From Gammaproteobacteria bacterium (GTDB taxonomy: Bacteria; Pseudomonadota; Gammaproteobacteria; JBCCGL01), in the NCBI GenBank assembly GCA_965277715.1, contig OZ255836.1, positions 1,600,001 through 1,664,000 on the forward strand: a stretch of DNA of 64,000 bases. Direction: 5' to 3'. Made by a program: the position numbers and the translations under genes. Of this stretch, positions 42,201 through 52,200 are shown piece after piece. The notes under the pieces were generated by a model that saw only the letters and a program-made list of their open reading frames with translations, searched no databases and was not told where the DNA came from. The first letter of the stretch is position 1, and every line of letters begins with the position of its first letter.

Positions 42201-42440
42201 AATTCCCTATACGGATCAGAAAATAGACCATTATTTTCAACAAGTTCATTTAGGGAAGCTATCGCCGTTATATTCTCTTCTAACCATTCTTCACGGGCTG
42301 AGAGGCAAACCTGAACGTCAAGTGCAGACGCCAATGCGGCGGATAAATTAATCTTTAAATCTCGAGCTTTTTTAGCAAATCATTGTTTATGCTAAGATTT
42401 GTTGGTTTTTTAGGGGCGTTATGGTCAGAGGTATAATATA
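42197..42440 (-). pseudogene. ccdA: CcdA antitoxin pseudogene (frameshifted; start approximate)
   Basis: NAPKKPTNLSINNDLLK, then a frameshift in the A-run near 42368-42373, then ARDLKINLSAAL...EEWLEENITAIASLNELVENNGLFSD. Its TGA overlaps the ccdB ATG (ATGA). Confidence 0.82.
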
Positions 42441-42562
42441 TGTCAACAACCTCAAAGTAAGATACGCATAGTGAGTGCGCATTAAAGCGTAACATATAGC
42501 GCCAGTACACCGTCTACCTTACCAGCGCCGTACTCCCCCCTGTTACGAGAATCGCTCGAATG

Positions 42563-42592
42563 TAAAACAGGCCAGCAACATTGCTGGCCTGT
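42563..42592 (-). terminator. Rho-independent terminator of the CHRD gene
   Basis: Perfect 12-bp inverted repeat ACAGGCCAGCAA / TTGCTGGCCTGT followed by a short T-run on the minus strand, 22 bp after the stop codon. Confidence 0.8.
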
Positions 42593-42614
42593 CTCGTTAA
42601 GGGATTGTCAGCGC

Positions 42615-45209
42615 TTAATTGGCGCTGGGTAGAATTTGCCCGCGCACTTCACCGGCGGGGTTTGCGGCAGAGTGTACGTTAAAATAGTAATTACCATTGA
42701 GCAAACCCGTTACGCTCATGGCCTGGGCGTTAGCTGGCGCGCTAAAGCTAGCATCAGCGCCGTCCGTCGCGGTGGCGTCGAGGTTGAGCGTAATAATTGG
42801 GTTGCCCGTGGCGCCAAAACGCCCCTGATGGATATGTGCCACAGTTGGCACGAAGCCATTTATATTGGCATTGGCCCTGATGCTTCCCGAGGTTTGTGCC
42901 ACAGTGATATAACCACGACCGGTACTGTTAGGGTTGGCGCCACTCGCCGACGGCACTTCCTGCGAGCGCTCCAAAATCGATCGAATAATCACGGTGTCCG
43001 ACCCAGCGATTTGCCCTCTTACTTCGCCCGGATTGTTATCGTGTACATTGACATAGTAGCGCCCATTAAGCACATCCTGAGTCACAAGTGTCGGCGTATT
43101 CGAGCTCGCCGAAGTAACCGAAAAAGCCGTCCCCAGGGTAGCCCCACGGGTGAGGCTGACATCACTCAGCGCCAACACAACCGCACCGTTACTACCGGCA
43201 AACCCATCGTGAATATGGGCAGCACTGGCGGCGAAACCGTCAACATTGGCGTTGATTACGCTGAAATTGGTTTGCGTGTTGATACTCATGTAGGCGACGC
43301 CACTGGCCGTGGTGGAGTTAACCGGGTTTTCCTGATCACCCTGCAATTCAGAGCGGATAATTTCCACATTACTGCCAGCCAGTTGGCCACGCAGCTCACC
43401 GCCAGAGTTGGCGCTGGAATGCACATTAAAGTAGTAGTTGCCATTGAGTAAACCGGATACACTTTGCGCCATCGCACCGGCCGACGTGACAAAGCTGCCC
43501 GCATTACTACCCGCTTGCAGCGTAATAATAACCGGCCCGTTTTGACCAGCAAAACCGGAGTGAATATGCGCCGCCGTGGGGGTAAAACCACTGGTCGAGA
43601 CGCGTGCGGTAACCGCGCCAGTATTGGAACTGGTATTCACCGTCAGATAGCCAATACCCGTGGCCGCTGAAACTACCGGAGGGTTTTCCTGGCTGCTTTG
43701 CAATTCGCTGCGAATAATCTGAATACCGCTACCCGCCAGTTGACCTCGGACTTCACCGCCGGGATTGCCGCTGGAATGCACATTGAAGTAGTAGTTGCCA
43801 CTGAGCAGTCCAGTCACACTTTGCGCCACCGCGCCAGTCGGGCTAACGAAGCTGCCAGCGCCGGTTCCCGCTTCCAGCGTGATTACGATAGGGCCGTTTT
43901 CACCGGCAAAACCGGAGTGAATGTGCGCCGCCGTGGGAGTAAAACCGCTGGTCGAGACGCGCGCAGTAACCGCGCCAGTATTGGAGCTGGTATTCACCGT
44001 CAGGTAGCCGACACCGCTGGCGGCTGAAACCACCGCCGGATTCTGCTGGCTACTCTGCAATTCGCTGCGAATAACCTGGATATCGCCACCCGCCAGTTGG
44101 CCACGGACTTCACCACTGGGGTTGCCACTGGAATGCACGTTAAAATAGTAGTTGCCACTTAACAACCCCGCGACACTTTGCGCTACTGCGCCCGCTGGGC
44201 TGACGAAGCTGCCAGCGGTAGTGCCAGCATTCAGCGTGATAATGACCGGACCGTTTTCCCCCGCGAACCCCGAGTGAATATGCGCCACAGTAGGAGTAAA
44301 ACCGCTGGTGGAAACGTTGGCGGTAATCGCACCTGTATTGGAACTGGTATTAACCGTTAAATAGCCTCTACCCGTCGCGGAGCTGGTTACGGGGGGATTC
44401 TGTTGAGCGCCTTCAAGGTTGGAAAACAATACTTGTATATTAGCGGGCACAACCTGGCCGCGTAACTGACCTGCGGTGTTGCCGGTGGTGTGCAGGTTAA
44501 TATACGTGCCGCCAGCCAATAGCGATGCCAGCTCAGTGGTGGACAAAGCGGCCCCCGTGCTAAAAACATAGCGTAGCGGGTTGGTGCTATCGACGACTAA
44601 AGGCTCAATAATACCACCGCTGGCACCAGCAAAGGCTGCATGCAGATGTACTCCGGTGATTGACTGTCCACTGTCTAAGCCCGACGCAACCACCTCGCCA
44701 CTGATGGCACCCGAGGTAGTGTCGATCATAATGGTAGCCGTAGCCTGAGCGCCGGTGTTGATAGTCGCATCAAACCCCGTCTCGACCTCTTGATCGGCCG
44801 ATAAGCTAAACGCGATGGTCTGTACACTGCCCGCAGTACTTACCATTGATGACAGTGCCCCCCTGTTCAGGTTGCGAACGGGTAGCGACGACACAGGCAA
44901 GCGAGAAATGGGTAGCGATACGGATAGTGCATTGATCGAGTTGATCAAAGCTTGTATTTCGGCAGCGGTATCGACGTTGAAAGCCTGCCTGGCGGCGATA
45001 GCCGACTGATATTGTAGTTCCCTGTTGGCGACCGCGCCGCTAACACCGGCGATACTGTTCAATAGCGCAACCGAGATAGTGGAGGCATCATTATTCGTTG
45101 CAGCATTTTGCACGGACTGAAGGGAACTCGGGTTGCTGCTGCCGCCACAACCGACAAGGGCCAGGATAACAACAAGAAAAAAGGGGATAAGCTTACTTTG
45201 AGAATACAT
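42615..45209 (-). CDS. Lipoprotein with six tandem CHRD domains
   Basis: Lipobox LVG-C; six repeats of (A)HIH.G..G.NG, Y.NVH and GE.RGQ. Confidence 0.9.
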   Translation of the reverse strand: MYSQSKLIPFFLVVILALVGCGGSSNPSSLQSVQNAATNNDASTISVALLNSIAGVSGAVANRELQYQSAIAARQAFNVDTAAEIQALINSINALSVSLPISRLPVSSLPVRNLNRGALSSMVSTAGSVQTIAFSLSADQEVETGFDATINTGAQATATIMIDTTSGAISGEVVASGLDSGQSITGVHLHAAFAGASGGIIEPLVVDSTNPLRYVFSTGAALSTTELASLLAGGTYINLHTTGNTAGQLRGQVVPANIQVLFSNLEGAQQNPPVTSSATGRGYLTVNTSSNTGAITANVSTSGFTPTVAHIHSGFAGENGPVIITLNAGTTAGSFVSPAGAVAQSVAGLLSGNYYFNVHSSGNPSGEVRGQLAGGDIQVIRSELQSSQQNPAVVSAASGVGYLTVNTSSNTGAVTARVSTSGFTPTAAHIHSGFAGENGPIVITLEAGTGAGSFVSPTGAVAQSVTGLLSGNYYFNVHSSGNPGGEVRGQLAGSGIQIIRSELQSSQENPPVVSAATGIGYLTVNTSSNTGAVTARVSTSGFTPTAAHIHSGFAGQNGPVIITLQAGSNAGSFVTSAGAMAQSVSGLLNGNYYFNVHSSANSGGELRGQLAGSNVEIIRSELQGDQENPVNSTTASGVAYMSINTQTNFSVINANVDGFAASAAHIHDGFAGSNGAVVLALSDVSLTRGATLGTAFSVTSASSNTPTLVTQDVLNGRYYVNVHDNNPGEVRGQIAGSDTVIIRSILERSQEVPSASGANPNSTGRGYITVAQTSGSIRANANINGFVPTVAHIHQGRFGATGNPIITLNLDATATDGADASFSAPANAQAMSVTGLLNGNYYFNVHSAANPAGEVRGQILPSAN

Positions 45210-45586
45210 AGTGTTAATGCTCCAAACCTTATAGTGATAAGTATTCAGCCTCGCTACTCTGGCTGCCGGTTTCTTAACCTGGTATTGATATCACCCTACC
45301 CTTTGGTGGTGCGGGAAGCGGGTATTGCCGTCACATCAGTGCGCTAAGCAGGTCTATCAAGACTGAGGTAGATTCTACCTAGAGACACGCACCACACTCT
45401 GGGGTTCAAAATCACAATCACTTTTGCACGGTAAATTGGCCCACTGTTTTCCTCAATATCGGGTTAGGCTCGGTCGGGTTTGAGCCGGTAGGCGGATTGG
45501 CGGAATTTTCGCACGGCATCAATCCCGCAGACATTCTATCCTGATAAAGAGTATTACAGTATCAGCCAAATCATTCATCAGAGGGT

Positions 45587-46282
45587 TTGATTCTGACCGA
45601 ATCACAGGTCGCCGCCATGGAGCGAAAGAAAGACGATGATGAGGTTTGTGGTGAAATAGAAACTGCCTATCCAGGGTATCTAGGCTCTCAAGATACGTAT
45701 TACGTTGGCACCTTTAAGGGCATTGGTCGTGTTTATCAACAAACGTTTGTGGATACTTATAGCAAGGTAGCCCATGCCAAACTCTATACGACCAAAACTC
45801 CTATTACCGCAGCGGATATACTCAATGATCAGGTGCTGGCGTTCTACGAAGAACACAGCCTTCCTATGCTGCGAATTATGACCGATAGAGGCACCGAGTA
45901 TTGTGGGCGTGCGGATCAACATGATTATCAGCTTTATATGGCTCTGAATGATATTGAACACACTAAAACCAAGGTCAAGTCACCTCAGACCAACGGTATT
46001 TGCGAACGATTCCACAAGACTATTTTGAACGAGTTTGATCAGATCACTTTGCGTAAAAAAATCTATCAAAGTATGGAGGAACTTCAAGTTGATCTTGACG
46101 AATGGTTAATCAAGTACAATACTCAGCGAACCCACCAAGATAAAGTGTGCTGCGGTAGAACCCCGATGGAAACTCTTATCGACGGTAAATCAATCTGGAA
46201 ACTTAAGTTGTTGAACTAAACTTAAGCTGACAGTCAGTCACTGAAAATTGGGTAACTGTCAGATCAAGTTTGAACTTCTACA
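45587..46282 (+). mobile_element. IS481-family element, 5'-truncated, right end intact
   Basis: DDE core (QDTYYVG, TDRGTEY, NGICERFHKT); right end ...GTCAGATCAAGTTTGAACTTCTACA ends in ACA, as IS481-family ends do. Confidence 0.85.
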
Positions 46283-46892
46283 CATGAGACGGCCTATTCG
46301 GCGGCGACTGATACGAACCCTTTCATTGGCAAACAAATGCTTTAAACGCCGGGTACCATAAGTCCCTCGTCCTTGCTCAAAAAAGACGTGCAGACGTTCT
46401 GTCAGCTGTTGATCTTCCTGATGGCGTGCTGTGGTGCATTGTTTTGACCACGCATAATAGCCGCTACTGGAAACCGCCATAAAGCGACAAAGAGGTCGAA
46501 CACCATAGCCGGATTGATGTTGCTGTATCCAGGCGTACTTCACGCTTGTTCCTTGGCAAAGTACGCGGCCGCCTTTTTTAACAGGTCGCGTTCCTCTTTC
46601 AAACGCGCGTTTTCTTTTTTCAACCGTTTGAGTTCATCATATAAGTGCTCATCGCTGTGGCCACTGCCATCCGCTTTCGGTTGGCTATACTTGCTGATCC
46701 AGGTATGCAAAGTATTCTCGTTCACGCCCAGTTCGCGTGCGGTCGCGGCTATAGGCTGGTCGTTTTTCAGGACTAATTTAACCGCTGACTCTCTAAAATC
46801 AGCCGTATAGGATTGCTTCTCTTTCATTTTCGGTTCCTCGCGTAAACTCAGTTTACTTCAAGTGAGGGGTCCGAATTAGTGTAGCCACATCA
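46283..46892 (-). mobile_element. IS3-family element: left end, orfA (46540-46827) and orfB truncated by IS481
   Basis: OrfA YTADFRESAV..ARELGV...EERDLLKKAAAYFAKE; OrfB KYAWIQQH..LCRFMAVSSSGYY..YGTRR; left end TGATGTGGCTACACTAATTCGGACC. Confidence 0.9.
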
Positions 46893-46894
46893 AT

Positions 46895-47233
46895 CAACAC
46901 TTTGAGCTACGCTACTCTGCAAACATCATTATTACTGACTGCAGTGGTGATGCAGCGGAAATTATGTACATGGTCTTGCAATGGCTTAAACAAAATCAGC
47001 CATATCATAAAGAAGATGCGATTCAATTTGAGGTAGATATACTGAGCCAGTCTGCCGTCGATTTATCACTAAAAATAGACCTTTCAGAAATTATAAAAGT
47101 GGACATTAAAGATGAAGGTGTTTATCTAAAAACCTGCGCCGAACCTGATCTTGCTGGAATTCTGATACCCAATAAACTATTAGAAGTGTGCATCCATAGC
47201 CCCGATAGGCCAGCGTCCAATGAGCAAATGTAA
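46895..47233 (+). pseudogene. P2-like tail completion protein R (gpR), 5'-truncated by IS3
   Basis: FELRYSANIIITD..GD....VLQWLKQNQP...IQFEVDIL....DLSLKIDLSE resembles P2 gpR; the frame is open back to the IS3 end. Confidence 0.75.
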
Positions 47234-47236
47234 TAA

Positions 47237-47584
47237 TCAATGGGACTGGATATATTCATGCAAGGCCGCATTTAAGCGCGTCTGCCAGCCCTTGCCATTT
47301 TCAACACCGGCTTTAAAGAAGCCGATAATTTCCTCATCCAGATACAGAGTTGCCCGTTGCTTGGTTTTATCCTGCTTAGGCCGACCTCGTGGACGCACCT
47401 CCAAGGTGCCTTCACGCTTGGCTTTTTCCCAGGCTGCAACAAATTCGGGGGCTACCTCCTTGGCAGGCCGCATATTTGCCAGTTGTTCATCGGTCATGAA
47501 AGTGCCGTCCTCACTCACCTGTTTATCAATTTCAGCCACTTCTTCAGAAGTAGGCCAAATGGTATTGGGTTTAAGTTTTGGCAT
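47237..47584 (-). CDS. brnA: BrnA antitoxin
   Basis: RGRPK...K..ATLYLDEEIIGFFKA....GWQTRLNAAL motif. Confidence 0.9.
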   Translation of the reverse strand: MPKLKPNTIWPTSEEVAEIDKQVSEDGTFMTDEQLANMRPAKEVAPEFVAAWEKAKREGTLEVRPRGRPKQDKTKQRATLYLDEEIIGFFKAGVENGKGWQTRLNAALHEYIQSH

Positions 47585-47837
47585 AATGTTTAATCTCCCG
47601 AGGATTGGCTTTGCGCAAACTAATCACACGCAACACATCCCCTCTCAAGGTATAAGTTAAATGATGAAGCCGTTGCCCAATATAGCCTATCGAATTAATA
47701 CGCATCTCGCCGTAATCGGCTCGGTCATCCACTTCAAAAGTCGCGGTTGCAAACTCGAATTGGTACACCTGTTCAAACGACAGACCGCGAGTCTCAACGT
47801 TACGTTGGCTTTTCACTGGGTCATAATCAATCTCCAT
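47571..47837 (-). CDS. brnT: BrnT ribonuclease toxin
   Basis: YDPVKSQRN..RGLSF, DYGEMR and RVISLRKANPRE motifs. Confidence 0.92.
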   Translation of the reverse strand: MEIDYDPVKSQRNVETRGLSFEQVYQFEFATATFEVDDRADYGEMRINSIGYIGQRLHHLTYTLRGDVLRVISLRKANPREIKHYAKT

Positions 47838-48060
47838 ATATTTATTGTATGTATATTAAATCGAATTGGCAAGATTTTTGAGGAAGGCATCAGCAATACA
47901 ATGGGTCTGGTTTGCAAAGCACAGCAGGGCGTTTATGAGAACTTGAAAGACCAAGCGGAGATGCTGCAACGCGGGACGGAAATAACAGAAAAACTTGGCC
48001 CTGGCATACCAGTTTCACCAGAAGTGGCACAAATGGGCAAACCGCTGTCGGAGATGCCTT

Positions 48061-48684
48061 TTGTCGGCTGATAACCTCCATACCTTGGAAGACTGGGCAC
48101 AATCATTAGTGTCCAGTCTGGATGTCAAAGCGCGGCGCAAACTATTGCGCCGCCTGGCAACCGAGCTACGCAAAGCCAACGCCAAACGCATTCGCAATCA
48201 ACAAAATGTGGATGGTGGTCGTTATGAAGCACGAAAGCAGCCCAAAAAAGTCGAAGAGATTCGTTTCAATTATAAAGATAAATCAGGCAACGTCAGTGAG
48301 CGTAAAGTACGCTCAGCGCGTGGCCACAAAACGCATATTATTGGTCATGATTATACCCGTGGTGCGTTCCGTTCTTTCCGGCGTGATCGTATTCTGGAAA
48401 TTTATGCATCACGCACAGTAAGAGCCAAAAAAGCACAACGCATGTTAATGGGTATGGCGCAGCGTAAAATCTTAGGCATCAAAGCCGATGCCAATAACGC
48501 GGATATAGGTTATCAAAAACTCGCTGCCGACATTGGTGATGTTCATCACCACGGTAAAACTGCAAAAGTCAGCAAAAATGGCCCACGGGTCCGTTACCCC
48601 GAACGCCAGCTATTAGGTGTTAGCCAATCCGACCAAAAGGCCCTGCGCGATCTTTTACTCAAACATCTATCAGAAAAAAGTTAA
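48061..48684 (+). CDS. P2 gpS-like virion morphogenesis/tail completion protein with inserted WYL-like segment
   Basis: LEDW...RRKLLRRLATELRK...RIRNQQNVDG..YEARK N-terminus and VHHHG...VRYPERQLLG C-terminus; TTG start after GGAG. Confidence 0.85.
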   Translation: MSADNLHTLEDWAQSLVSSLDVKARRKLLRRLATELRKANAKRIRNQQNVDGGRYEARKQPKKVEEIRFNYKDKSGNVSERKVRSARGHKTHIIGHDYTRGAFRSFRRDRILEIYASRTVRAKKAQRMLMGMAQRKILGIKADANNADIGYQKLAADIGDVHHHGKTAKVSKNGPRVRYPERQLLGVSQSDQKALRDLLLKHLSEKS

Positions 48685-48745
48685 TTTAGGCAAAAACAAC
48701 TTCTTATAATTAGACGGCATAAGGCGAGTCTATCAACATGCTTGT

Positions 48746-49099
48746 ATGAACTTTGATACCGCCGAACTGTTTCGCCGTTTTGAAAACTTGATACGCATTG
48801 GCACGATTGCCGATGTTGATTATCAGGGTAAACGGCTGCGTGTGAAAAGCGGCGAGCTATTGACCGATTGGCTACCTTGGCCTGCTGAAATCGGCAGAAA
48901 CTTTAAACACTGGCGACCACTGCGAGATAACACACAAGTTGTGTTGGCCTGTCCATCTGGTGACCCAGCACAAGCGCTCATTATCTCCATGCTGTATTCA
49001 AGGAGAACAAAAGAAAAGCAAAAAGGGGTCAAGGCAGTTATTTCCTATATTTCTTGCTGGAAACCACTGTTTTTATCCGTATTAGTCGTTGTATGGTGA
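48746..49099 (+). pseudogene. P2 gpV-like baseplate assembly/spike protein, N-terminal part only
   Basis: ELFRRFENLIRIGTIADVD...RVKSGELLTDWLPW...VVLACPSGD. Similarity ends at ~48997 (LYS) and is followed by unrelated low-complexity sequence. Confidence 0.82.
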
Positions 49100-49135
49100 A
49101 TAATAAGCCTGACCCCAATACCTGACCCCAATACC
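49024..49135. repeat. GGGGTCA / TGACCCC REP-like inverted repeats plus a 13-bp tandem duplication
   Basis: AGGGGTCAAGGC near 49024; GCCTGACCCCAATA-CCTGACCCCAATAC at 49107-49135. Confidence 0.55.
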
Positions 49136-49202
49136 GAATGCTGTGCTGCTGCTAAGTACCTCGATCACTTCGGCATTAAAGCTGCTTTCCACTAAATCAT
49201 CC

Positions 49203-52200
49203 TCATTTGACGCCGAAATACAGCATCAGATAACCGACGATCTCCGTTTTGTGCGGTGACAGCTCCGGCAGGTATGCATCCACCGCGTTATGTACCGCTG
49301 TGGTAAACAGCGCCGGTTGATTGGCCTTATCGCGCACAAAGGGTTCCAGGCGTTTAATCAGCTCCCAGTTGCTGCTGATATTGCTGGCCTGCATGGTTTT
49401 TTCCAGCGAAGACGGCGCACTGTCGTTAAACGGCGGTAATACCCGGCTGACAAAGGTAACCCGGTGCAGCACCCGCCAGCAGGCAGGCTTTTTGTCGTCA
49501 TTGCGCGCCTGGCGCAGGGCCATAGCATTGGCGCTGCTGCTTTGCTCCAGCCAGATCGGATCCACTACCTTGTTGTACAGTTCATCAAAGTTATCGCTGC
49601 TGTTATCGAGATAAAAGGTCATAAAGCGATAGGCATCCACCCGACCGTGGACGTTTTGCGGCGTACCATCGACGTTATACTGGCCAGCGCCGCTAGCCGG
49701 ATCGTGGTACTGCATATCACCCGAGGGGTTTACGCTGACATCCAGGCTAAAGGTGCGGGTGGCCTCCTTGCTACGGCTGCGAGTATTGGTAACATTGGCT
49801 TCAATGCCAGCCTTCATCTCAAATTCCATTGCCAGAGGTGACTCAAGTTCTATCTTCATACCACGGCTAAAGCCGCTGGTAAAGCCAATCCCGCCGCTGG
49901 CTGATTCCTGCACTACATCGATGGTTTCGGTGGTCTCTGCGTAAAAGCCGCCGTCAGCCGTCCACACATAGGTATTGGCCAGATTGCGCTGGGCGAATTT
50001 TTTCGCCAACTCAACATTGTTATTCAGCGCGTCTCCCAATCCGTTAAACGTGGTGCCTATACTCATAGCCGCAGCGGCGAGATTAGCCAGAGGACCCAAT
50101 GGCGTAAAATTTAAGGCCGCCAGTCCTGCGGCTCCGCCCATAACACCCCCCATCAGACTGCCGCTGTTCTTGATGGTCTCGGCAAACGGGCCGCTGATCG
50201 GCGAGGCGTCAAAGTTTTCATAATAGCTTTGCAAGCGCTGGCGTTCCTGCTCGATGCGCCGCTTTAAGACATAGGCCTCACTCGGTTTATAGTAGCTGTA
50301 TTCGCCGTAGCTGGCGGCCTGTGGATAATTGCTGTCCAGGCAGACACTGCCGTCGGCTTTATAACCGATTTTGCCATCCAGCGTGCCCTGTTTGATATAG
50401 CGCGGGTTTAACGGAAAACCGAGCAGGTTCCAGTCTCTCGGAATATCCGGGTTGGGCTGGATGCTGTAGGATACCAGCGCGTTATTGTGTTTTAACCGTA
50501 ACGCATAAATATCGGCGGTTTCCGACTGCACCAGCGCGGTACCCATATTGGCGGGATCCCAACGCCGCCCCTGATAATTGTTATGCTGCTTGCTGGTATC
50601 GGGGTCTTCCCAATTGCCGCCCAGAGAGACTTCCAGATCGCGGCTCAGGTTGCGGCCGCTGGAAAACCCCTGTTCCGTGGCCCAGTTGCCAGCCGATTCA
50701 AATTTCATATTGCCTTTCAGTGCAAACTTGCCTTTGAGTTTCAGCGCAATACCAAAACCCAGCGGCGCGATCATAGTGCTAATGTCAAACGCACCGCCCA
50801 TTGCACTGTCCAGCTCCAGCGAACTTTTATACCCGTTTTCACGACCGCTGCTGTAACTGTAGGTGACATCGTCCGCCTGGCTAAAGGTGACCCCGGCACC
50901 ACGGCCTTCGTAGTTCTTGCCGCCAGTGCCAGCGGTGCCGAACGTCATATTTTCACTAGGCACCGGCGGCGGGCCTTCGATAAAGCCGATAATCTGCGGG
51001 TCAAATTGTGCCTGGCCCACCCATTCGCGCACCAGATTGCCCACCTTGTAGCCGGTCACCAACTGCCAGCCCTGATCATCGATATAGCCATAACAGCGTT
51101 TCATCACCCCCAGAAACTGGCCTGCGGCGTCGTACTGCATATCGCCATACTCGGCCACCGTTGGCGCGCTGCCGATCGGGCGGTGAAAAGCGGTTCTCAC
51201 ACCGGCCAGGGCCGAGCGCACCCGCGCGGTGTCACTGCTGATGGGTGCCGAGGACAGGGTTTTGGCTGGCGCATTAGCAGCGCCCAATAACAGATTATTG
51301 GCCTGCAGCCCACTGTCCAGTATCTCGGTGTCAGTCGTGCTGTCAAAGCTGTAACAGGCCAGTAAGTCCTGTTTGTCTTCTTTTAACCGGGTAAAGACAT
51401 TGTCCAGAATCTGTTCCTGAGTGCGTGCCTGCCGCCAGATGCGCACTTCCTCAAGCTCGCCTTTAAAGGCGTCGGCAGCGTTGACGGTGCTGCCACTGCT
51501 GCTGCGTTTGGCGCCCAGGGTAAATTGCGGGTCGCCCCAATCGCCGGTGACCAGGACATCGGTGGCCGCCAGCGCGGTGGTTTGCTGCTCGCTGCCATTG
51601 ACGTATAGGCTAAGGCTGGAGCCTTCCGGGCGCGGATCTTTAATCCATTGCGCACCCTTGATGATCGCGTGGTGACCGCCTTTGCTGTCGGCCGCCAGAT
51701 TGCCCTGGTTTTCCTCCAGTTGCCACCAGGCGACCAGGCCGTAGTCGTCCGCTTTCACTTCCCGGTGCAACTGTTCCTGGCCACGGGCCTGGCTCCATAA
51801 ACGCAGTTCCGTGATCGCACCCTGGAAACAGTCCTGGAAAAGGTCCTTCTTTCCGCTACCGCCAATCTGCACTACAGCCTGGTTTTGTTGCGCAATATTA
51901 GCCGGATCGAATGTTGTAGAGGCTACTTGCACGCCATCAAGATAGATCTCCACTTCCAGCCGCGAGGTCATCATACCCTGGGTAAAGCTGCTCAGGTCGG
52001 TGGGCAGAGCGCTGCCGCCGCGCTGGTTTTCCAATTGCAGTTTGCGGCCTTTTTTGCCCTGCACATAGTCGTCGCGGATGGCATCGTCGATGTTCTCAAT
52101 CTCGCTGCTCGAATAATCGCCACCGGTGGCAATGCCAGTAACGTCATTACTGCCGCTCATACCAGCATTGCCCATGCCGGGCAGGTCGTTACGTTTGCGG

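Noticed and set aside
45210-45586. Riboswitch or sRNA upstream of the CHRD gene (palindrome AGGTAGATTCTACCT near 45367)
   Set aside because: I could not match any known riboswitch consensus by eye, and one short palindrome is insufficient evidence.
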